This document shows positions 29,301-39,200 of a stretch of 64,000 nt of DNA, in pieces; the first letter of the stretch is position 1, and each line of letters opens with the position of its first letter. The notes under the pieces were generated by a model. That model was not told the origin of the DNA. It did not search any database and saw only the letters and a list, made by a program, of their open reading frames with translations. The position numbers were made by a program, and so were the translations under genes. The stretch is from Auanema rhodensis (taxonomy: Eukaryota > Animalia > Nematoda), in NCBI GenBank assembly GCA_964057225.1, contig OZ059897.1, positions 9,300,001-9,364,000 of the forward strand, given 5' to 3'.

Positions 29301-31315
29301 GTTTTACCTTTTATTTGAAATTTGAAAGTTTATTTTGAAAATTCATTTCTAACCTCTTTCTGATCAGATAGAATTCTGTAGATGTAACATTGTTTCAGTT
29401 CTTAGAACTCTGTTTAAGTGTTTTCAAACTTTGTATAGATAACAAGAAAAATAAAATGATAGAGATAGAACACTTCTAAGATCTCGATCCAAAGTATTCC
29501 CGACGGACTGAGCCATTAGAACCAAAGATTACAAGAATTATTCTGATTTCACCTGCATAAAGATCCAGTAGAAAATTACGTTATGCTCTGAACATCTAAA
29601 TGATTCAATACAATATTAGAAATCACAGCCCGGTTAGCTCAGTCGGTAGAGCACCAGACTCTTAATCTGGCTGTCGCGGGTTCGAGCCCCGCATCGGGCT
29701 TTAAGTTTTACCTTTTATTTGAAATTTGAAAGTTTATTTTGAAAATTCATTTCTAACCTCTTTCTGATCAGATAGAATTCTGTAGATGTAACATTGTTTC
29801 AGTTCTTAGAACTCTGTTTAAGTGTTTTCAAACTTTGTATAGATAACAAGAAAAATAAAATGATAGAGATAGAACACTTCTAAGATCTTGATCTAAGGTT
29901 TTTCTGACGGACTGAGCCATTAGAACCAAAGATTACAAGAATTATTCTGATTTCACCTGCATAAAGATCCAGTAGAAAATTACCTTTGCTCCGAGCATCT
30001 AAATGGTTCAATACAATATTAGAAATCACAGCCCGGTTAGCTCAGTCGGTAGAGCACCAGACTCTTAATCTGGCTGTCGCGGGTTCGAGTCCCGCATCGG
30101 GCTTTAAGTTTTACCTTTTATTTGAAATTTGAAAGTTTATTTTGAAAATTCATTTCTAACCTCTTTCTGATCAGATAGAATTCTGTAGATGTAACATTGT
30201 TTCAGTTCTTAGAACTCTGTTTAAGTGTTTTCAAACTTTGTATAGATAACAAGAAAAATAAAATGATAGAGATAGAACACTTCTAAGATCTCGATCCAAA
30301 GTATTCCCGACGGACTGAGCCATTAGAACCAAAGATTACAAGAATTATTCTGATTTCACCTGCATAAAGATCCAGTAGAAAATTACGTTATGCTCTGAAC
30401 ATCTAAATGATTCAATACAATATTAGAAATCACAGCCCGGTTAGCTCAGTCGGTAGAGCACCAGACTCTTAATCTGGCTGTCGCGGGTTCGAGCCCCGCA
30501 TCGGGCTTTAAGTTTTACCTTTTATTTGAAATTATAACGTTTATTTTGAAATTTCATTTCTAACCTCTTTCTGATCAGATAGAATTCTGTAGATGTAACA
30601 TTGTTTCAGTTCTTAGAACTCTGTTTAAGTGTTTTCAAACTTTGTATAGATAACAAGAAAAATAAAATGATAGAGATAGAACACTTCTAAGATCTTGATC
30701 TAAAATTTTTCTGACGGACGGAGCCATTAGAACCAAAGATTACAAGAATTATTCTGATTTCACCTGCATAAAGATCCAGTAGAAAATTACGTTTTGCTCT
30801 GAACATCTAAATGATTCAATACAATATTAGAAATCACAGCCCGGTTAGCTCAGTCGGTAGAGCACCAGACTCTTAATCTGGCTGTCGCGGGTTCGAGCCC
30901 CGCATCGGGCTTTAAGTTTTACCTTTTATTTGAAATTATAACGTTTATTTTGAAAATTCATTTCTAACCTCTTTCTGATCAGATAGAATTCTGTAGATGT
31001 AACATTGTTTCAGTTCTTAGAACTCTGTTTAAGTGTTTTCAAACTTTGTATAGATAACAAGAAAAATAAAATGATAGAGATAGAACACTTCTAAGATCTT
31101 GATCTAAAATTTTTCTGACGGACTGATCCATTAGAACCAAAGATTACAAGAATTATTCTGATTTCACCTGCATAAAGATCCAGTAGAAAATTACGTTATG
31201 CTCTGAACATCTAAATGATTCAATACAATATTAGAAATCACAGCCCGGTTAGCTCAGTCGGTAGAGCACCAGACTCTTAATCTGGCTGTCGCGGGTTCGA
31301 GCCCCGCATCGGGCT
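20347..31315 (+). tRNA. tRNA-Lys(CUU) x28 (array segment 1)
   Basis: GCCCGGTTAGCTCAGTCGGTAGAGCACCAGACTCTTAATCTGGCTGTCGCGGGTTCGAGCCCCGCATCGGGCT: cloverleaf, CTT anticodon, A and B boxes, downstream TTTT terminator. Starts: 20347, 20750, 21153, 21556, 21960, 22364, 22768, 23171, 23575, 23978, 24382, 24786, 25189, 25593, 25997, 26400, 26804, 27208, 27611, 28014, 28418, 28821, 29224, 29628, 30031, 30435, 30839, 31243. Confidence 0.97.
20750..20822 (+). pseudogene. tRNA-Lys copy with B-box/T-loop mutation C56G
   Basis: GGTTGGAGCC instead of GGTTCGAGCC (position 20805); C56 is essentially invariant. Confidence 0.6.
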
Positions 31316-31390
31316 TTAAGTTTTACCTTTTATTTGAAATTATAACGTTTATTTTGAAATTTCATTTCTAACCTCTTTCTGATCAGATAG

Positions 31391-31756
31391 CGTTCCATTA
31401 TGCTCCTACGTATATTGAACAGACCATTGTAGTCTGCTCAACTACGCGTATAGTATTCCATAAGTGTAGCGGTATGGAAACAGAGCATAAGGATTACATA
31501 AGATAAGGAAATATATAGGTTTATTATACACAATACAATATCATTACAATACAATAACACAAGGATAAAGTAAACTACATTTACAAGACAAAGACTAATA
31601 TATAAGATTAACTAAGTTAGATGCAAACCGTCCATGGGCTTGCAAAGGGGCGAACTCCCGAATAGAGGCATGAGGGAAGGCGGTGCCATTCCACATTCCT
31701 CTAGTCGGTCTGGCTCTAACCCTGCAGTTACATATATAGAGTCTCCGAATGGAACG
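31391..31756 (-). repeat. Element 1 3' LTR (366 bp)
   Basis: Termini CGTTCCATT...AATGGAACG (9-bp inverted repeat). Sense-strand AATAAA at 31520-31525. Two substitutions relative to the 5' LTR. Confidence 0.97.
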
Positions 31757-31767
31757 TGCCCTTTTTC
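31757..31767 (-). promoter_or_regulatory. Element 1 polypurine tract
   Basis: Sense GAAAAAGGG-CA immediately before the 3' LTR. Confidence 0.7.
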
Positions 31768-32454
31768 AAAGATTGTCGCGACCTCGCGATATTTTAAACA
31801 AAAATTTGGGCTTATATGTAACTGAGTTTTAGAGTTCAATTGTTTTAGCTTCACAATAACTATAGTATGATAGAGTTTTAATTAGTATAAAAACAAAATT
31901 ACAATAATTTATAAGAAGGGTTCGATATAATATAAAGTAACGATGAATTAGAATATTATTAATTTCATAAATTAATTCTCTTAATATTGAAGCATTTCCT
32001 AATAGAGATTGTAGAATAAGGGTCTAGTAATGAATGGGAATATGTTATTATTTTGACTAATGGTCTCAAGAAGTACTCATTTCTAAATTGAACCGAGATT
32101 ATGATTTAATAATGTGTCTCCATATGTCTCCCAGAGTGAATCCTTGATTACTAATGGAGACTACCACTTAAGATGAAATTGTGGTTGATACGCCTACCAG
32201 TGTTTATCTCATCTTATTTGGAGAGGCACATGGAGCTCGGAAGGTTGTCAAAATGTCCTCTAGTCCGCATAGGATTACGGTAACTTGGAACCATTAGTCA
32301 TAACATCTCCTCGTTTAGAATTTGCCTTATTTTTCCTTTCTCAATCTCTATTAAATGCTATTTTTATTTTGAATGTTATTTAGCATTAATTTTTTTTTTC
32401 TAATTCATCGTTATTTTGTTACAATAATTTAAATAACGTAGCATTATCTTGTTG

Positions 32455-33282
32455 TTATTCTTCTTCATTCCTCGGAAGCCATATTTCGTCTTCATTTTCA
32501 TCTTCTGGCTCTGTATCTATGCTATCCTTGTTGTTCCTGTTGATCACTTCTATTATTTCGATGTCGCTATCTTCTTCTGCTTGACTTTCTCGAAACCTTG
32601 CGCGAGTGTTGTAAGAGATGTTTTGTGAAGCAGGAGAGAAGATTTTCAAGTTATCTTTGTGGATATCTTGTAGTTTTCCTGATGAATTTCTGATTTGAAC
32701 TTTTGATCCTTCTACGTTGATGACTTCGTATGGTCCATCATAGCTTTTCCGAAGCTTTTGGCCGATTTGGTGTGATTTTATAGTCGTCATCACCATGTCG
32801 CCCGATTGAATGTCTCTATGGTGTGTTCTTTGCGTTCTATCCTTCTTCTTTTTTGCATTTTCTTGATTTTTAGCTATGCGGTTCTTTATTATTTCGTCTC
32901 TCTTGTCCATATCTGGTCTTCTTTGGAGTAATTCTTCAGAAATTTCTTGAATCTGAGTGATCGTTTCTGGTAATTCAGCGTCCATTGACATTCTGCATTC
33001 TTTACCAAATAATGCAATGTATGGCGCAATCCCTGTAGTCGCGTGCTGAATATTGTTGATAGCAAAAGTGATTTTTGGTAATACAGTATCCCAGTCACTA
33101 AGGTCCTCTTTTAAGTAGTGGGTTAATCCTTCTTCGAGGGTTCTGTGAAGTCTTTCCACTTGTCCATTTGAGTTCTTTTGGTGTGGTAGTGTTGGTTCAT
33201 GTTTGATTCCAAGTTTAGTACACATTTCTTCGAACTTTTTAGATACAAAGTTCGAACCTCTATCGGTGATCAAGCGATGGGG
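32455..33282 (-). pseudogene. Element 1 integrase C-terminal half, out of frame after a ~101-bp deletion
   Basis: ITDRGSNF...NGQVERLHRTL...YDGPYEV lies in a different frame; 34 residues present in element 2 (DSFSKW...YIFGP) are missing. Confidence 0.9.
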
Positions 33283-36200
33283 CTTGCATGGTAATGACGT
33301 AGGTACAGTTTCTTTTTGAAGGGGGAAATGGTCCCATTACGTCCATGTGGACTCGTTCAAATGGCTTGCTTGGTATCTCAAAATGACCTATTGGTTGTAC
33401 CGTCATGGAATGTGGATCTTTTTTTCTTTGAGCACATTTAATGCAGTTCTTGATAAATATAGTAATGTCGTTCTGCATATTTGTCCAATAGAATCTTCTT
33501 AGAATTGCTTCTTTTGTTTTAATAATTCCTTGATGTGCTGCAATTGTAGGATCCTCATGAAAAACTTTGATTATTTCCTCAATTATGGGGTGTTCTTGTG
33601 GTATTACGATAGCGGGTTGTGGCTTTTTGTCTGTTGGTTTTGTATAGAGCAAGTCATTTATGACACAATATCTGTCATTAGCTGTCATGTTCTTTTGTGC
33701 TCTATATTCAATCTCCGCTATCGTCCGTTTAATCCAAGGGGTGTTTAGTTGAATTTCCTTTATTGTTGGTGTATTTATGGCGTTAATGTGAATTTCTTCT
33801 ATTTTCTTCTTCTTTGTTTCCGGCTTAGCATCGTTAGCTTCTTCACCTATATATCGAGATAGAGCATCGCATACTTTATTTAATTGGCCTGCGCGATATT
33901 TTATTTCAATATCATATTCTTGGATGACCAGCTGGAACTTCGCAAGACGACCAAATAAGTCTCTGCGTGTCATTAAGCTGGTAAGGGGTCGATGGTCCGT
34001 AATACATATAGTATGAGTTCCAAGAATGTATGTACGGAATTGATTTAATGCATATACAAGGCCTAATGCTTCTATCTCGATTGGTGCGTAGTTACGTTCG
34101 GCTTTAACTAGTTTTCTGCTTGCAAATGCGATAGGGTGTAGATTTTTCAGAGGTTGTTTTGGATCTTCCGGTTGTAATAATACAGCACCTATGGCGATGT
34201 TACTACCGTCGCTTTCAACTATAAACAAGCGGTCCGATTTAGGTGGGCTTAAAACGGGTGCCTGTATTAAACTTCTTTTAAGGAGGTCTAAAGCTTCTTT
34301 ATGTTTGTTTTCCCATTTGAATTCAGTATCTGCCTTTGTCAGATCGTATAAAGGGCTTGCGATACGTGCAAAATCTTTCATGAATTTGCGAAAGAATCCA
34401 ACCATTCCCAAGAATGCTCGTACACCTGTTGCATTCTTTGGTGCCGGATAATCTTGTATGGCGGCGACTTTTTGAGGGTCAGGTTTTATACCTTGACGTC
34501 CTACAATAAGTCCTAGAAATTTCACTTCTGGTTGAGCAAAAGCGCATTTCTTAAGCTTTATCTTCATTCCCAATTCTTCTACTGCTTGCAGTAAATCATC
34601 GATATCTTTGAGATGTTGTTCTCTTGTATCAGATATAACTAATAGATCGTCCAAATAAACAAATAGTTTACAAGAACATTTACTTTGCAAATACCTTACT
34701 GCTGTTTGAAAGGTATGAGGGGCTCCACAAAGGCCCATCGGCATCCGTTTGTACTGGTATGTGCCGGATGTGGTCGTAAATGCTGTTAGTGGTCGATCTG
34801 ATTTTCTCAAGGATATTTGAAAAAATCCTGACACTAAATCGAAGTTTGAGAAAAATTGGGCGCCTGCTGCCAAATCAACTATGTCAGAAATGCTTGGAAT
34901 GACATAAGTTTGCTTGCGTGTGACATTATTTAAAGCTCGAAAATCTGTCACAAACCTATACGTGTCATCTTTCTTCTTAACTAGTACTACAGGGCTATTA
35001 AATAGAGATGTAGAAGGCTCTATTATGCCTTGCTCAAGCATTTCTTTGACTTGTTTTTCAATTTCTTCCTGTTTTCCTAAGGGAATACGTGTTATTCTCG
35101 GCTTTGGCATATCCATATCTGTTCTCAATGGTATGGTATGCTCTATAGGACCTTTAAATAAGCCTATTTTCCTGTCCTCGTTAAGAAATGCCTCACGATA
35201 GCTTTCAATTATTTTTGTAAGCTCATGTTTTTCTTCTTTCGTGAGATCAGCATTCTCTAGATCAAGATCTTTTATGAAGTCTCTTGGAAAATATGGTAGT
35301 TTACTCTCCCAATCGGCTTCTGGCGGAACATATGGTAGAATTGGCTTATGCTTAAAGGGTTCACAAGCCGGAATTTCTCCAATTATTGCCTGTCCAATGA
35401 CTGAATTAGCTTCCATAGCTATTGTTTCATCGGTATCGTTACGGAACATAACATATACTCCACTGGTATCACGAAACGCAGTTGGATATAATGATTTTAA
35501 TGCGCTTCCACTATCCCCTAAGACAACCACTTCGTTAGATTCTAGTGGTTTATCTGTCTTTATTGGGATAGGTGCCTCTTCATCAGGCTTTAATGTTTTT
35601 GTTCTTAAATTAATGATATTCACAGTTATCTCCGTATGCTTAATAGATTCGTTTCCTATTAATGGGATGGCATTGTTTCCAATCTCCAACCTCTTCTTGG
35701 ATGGTTTAAGGCTGACGTCGATGTTTTCGCTGTCAAGCGCTTTCATGAAATCTAGTCCAATTAAAGCGGGAGCAGGACAGTCATGATCGTTTGAGACCAA
35801 AAAGGTGTGTTCGATCTCGTAGCCGGCAATTTCAATTACAAGATTTATCTTTCCATAAAATGTGAAAGTGGACTTGTTGGCTGCCATCGCTACTAAATGT
35901 CTCTTCTTGACATTTTCGGCCATGTTCAGATATTTGAGGGTGGAGAGCCTAACATATGACACTGATGAGCCTGAATCCCATAAAGCTAAAATCAGTTTAT
36001 CTTCAACTGATATATATATTAATGGTAACTTTGTTTCCGCTGATGCAATAGAAGCAACAAATGGTATTGCGATTGGAATAAATGTTACTAAAGCAGGATA
36101 GGATTGCTTCATGATGTTATCTGGCATCTGTTGGTCTGGGCGGCTTACAAGTTCCAATGTTTCTTCATAGCCTGGGGGCTCATTATCTATTTCATGGACA

Positions 36201-39200
36201 TGCATTACGGTTAGTGGAGTGGCTCTGAAGAACCAAAATTTAGCAACAACGAAAAAAATTATTAATACTGCGGCAATCGTGACTATTGATCCTATAAAGA
36301 TGAGTGTTCTCTCAATTGAACCTATTAGAAATTGTTTTACGCTAGTCCAGGCGGAAGTTGTGAACTCAGCTGCTTTAGAGATATAGTCACTGCCCTTTTT
36401 CAAAAGATTAAAGGCTGACGTAATCTTTGGATCGTTGTGAATAGTATGTAAAACATGGTTCTGTCGTATGGATGCTAAACTTGCTCCATATGCAATAGCT
36501 GTTGACATTGAGTAAACTCTCAATGATAAATTGGTGTATAAGTTAGCGCCTGTGAACTTTAAAGGTGTTAATTGGTGGTATTGCGCTTTATCAAAGAGTG
36601 ATATTGGTTTTACTTCAACCGATCCATTTATATTTATCCATTCTCCATTTTGATAGTTCACATCTGTTGGTACATGTTCGCAATCTATCTCTTTTCCATG
36701 TGTTAATAAGTCTCTTGATCCTGGAGCAGCAAAATATAATCTCTCATCTTCTGTTATTACTGGTGTTTCCAAATAGCATGTATCATTGATCTTATGATTA
36801 TGATAAACAGCTTTAGGTTGAAGAGGTAAGCATATATGAACATGAACTATATCGCTGCCTACGAAACGGGCTGCAATATCCTCTCTTCCTAAAATAGTCC
36901 TCATTGCTATTGTGGGTTCTATGTGTAAAATAGAACGCCATAGCTCGAGGTATCTATTTTGAATCTCACATATGGATTCATAAGATTCCATAAAATGTTT
37001 CTGTAGCTCTTCTTGTATGAGTGTTGTTGTATATTGTAGATGATCTTGAGCTATTCTGCGAGATACGTTGAGGTTGAATTGTATTTCGTTGTTCACTTTT
37101 GACGCTGTATACGTTGCCTGAGCCTGAATTTTTCTGGTTTCTACGGGTGGAGATGATGTTCTTTGTTTCCTTAAGGTTCGTGACGCCGTGTCAGTGACTG
37201 TTGCTAATGTTGTTGGCGAGAGAGTCGTAGTTATCACGGCTGTTATCGTGTCAACTATGGTTGTCGTCGGAATCCGAGTCGTATAGCTTATAGTTGTCTC
37301 CTGAACTAGTGAAGCGGGTTTGTCCGTTGTTGTCGTTAATGACAGTCTTCTAGTCAGATAAGGCGGTGTTTCAATATCCTCTAACAGTGGTAAAAATGTT
37401 TTTATAAGTAGCTGGCGTGTATCCGCGCTTGGGGTTTGAATGCGAGGGTGGGGGCCCATCGATATACCGTAGTTAGAATCTTTATCTCGATATAGTTTGT
37501 TGGTATCTGGCACATTGATTGTTAATTGTCGGAACTTTTCATCATCTACGGCTGCTGCTGTTTTATTTGGCCTTATTACTCGCAATGTCATCAAGTTATG
37601 GTATAAGTAAAGTGTATTTCTAAGTACTATACGCTCATCAGCATTGTCAGTTGTTAAAGTTGGTCGGATAGGCGGCATGTTCACAAAGGATTTTAAAACC
37701 TCTTGCCTTGATGGTACCGACAGATTGTTTTCAAATATTACCGGTGTATAAGCTAGCTCCATCGCTATGCTTTCGGCTCTTTCGCGGTAGGATCCGTCCT
37801 TTTCTAGTAGTTTTTCGTCAAATTCGTGTGCTGTTAATCTGTCACCTATCTGTTCTAATAATTGTTTTGAGGTTAAATACCGTATAGCGCCGCGAGTGGT
37901 TGCTGCCAGTTCCTTTTGCGCAAGAAAATAAAGTATTGCTTCCTCAGGGTCGTGTATTTCGTATGTTTGAAGGAAACGTTGTATGGATTTATCAGATACG
38001 GGACTTCTTAAGAAGAAATAAAACTTCTCGGGATGTGCTGAAACCCAATCAATAATTGAATATGAAGGGTTGACAGCTCGTCTGGCCTTTATAAGCGGTA
38101 TTATCTGATAAATACCAGGATTACTCATCACCGGTCGTAAGAAAGGATAAGGACAAATATTTAATATTAAAGTTTCAAAATCTTCCTGTTTTTGTATCCA
38201 CTCCTTGTTTAATTCAACCGTGCATTCCGCAATTGCTCTTTTATCTCTTTTCGCCGGAAGTTTCTTATATTCTCTCTCTATTAAAACATGGATATTGGTG
38301 TCATTTGGGTACTGTGGTAAGAGAATGTAATTGCCAGTTGTGGTGTGGAAGATTGGCTGTTTAAAACAAGAAGATATTTGCTTCGGTATCTCTTTTTGAT
38401 CGATTACAAGGGCTGATTGAGTGGTTGGTAACAGAATAATGCCGTCTCCAATTATCACATCATATTCACTCATGTCGATATAGTTGCATCGATATTCATA
38501 AGGCTGTTTCTCCCATATGATGATTGAGGTATCTGATGCACATTCTCCATGATGCGCTAAGCATCCTTCAGTATTTAGTATTAAATTGGAGATTATAGTT
38601 TCATCTGGCATCCGTGTCATAACCCCTTTTTCGATAACCAATCTGGCTTTCTCTTCACATAGTTCATTATTAAAAGATCGGCCTGGCGAGAAGGAAGGCT
38701 CGTCAGTTGCATATGTTATGCTGTCGATCTTCTTTAATTCACTCCAATTCCATCTTCTATCTCTCACTGCCAGTCTGCATTCTGCAGCTGGTATCTTTTC
38801 AATTCTCGCTATCGTTGTATTGGTATCTCTAAGGAACAAAAGGTCTCTGATACACATTTTATGAATTTCTTTGGAGCATCTCCATGCATCCCATTCATGT
38901 GCCGTTTGATTCCTTGTATAAAGATGAACTTTTGTTCGTAAGATATGCTTTATTGGTGGTAATAAGCATTTTCGGAGAGATGGGGGACGGAGAAGGGCTC
39001 CTCCAGTAGCTTTAGTACATAGCTGGTATGCTTCAGCTGTTGTAACCAGTGATAAGATTACTGATAAAGCTACGGCTAAAGTCAAAGGAGATATCAGAGT
39101 CAAATTATTGACTCTTGAGCCTCTACCTCTGCCTCTATTGTTGTTATTTCCCCTAAAGGTACTGTTATTTCTCTGTCTATTATTGCTCATTTCTTGATTT

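Noticed and set aside
31612-31854. Short ORFs overlapping the LTRs (also 43253-43450, 62523-62738)
   Set aside because: Not conserved between the two families, and some cross the LTR boundary into unrelated flanks.
33260-33290. Programmed ribosomal frameshift within element 1 integrase
   Set aside because: 34 conserved core residues are missing relative to element 2 and there is no slippery site; it is a deletion.
34191-36101. Antisense ORFs over pol (also 52676-55111, 57176-57616, 60161-60988)
   Set aside because: These are shadow frames of a long coding strand, many with non-ATG starts and no independent splice or polyA support.
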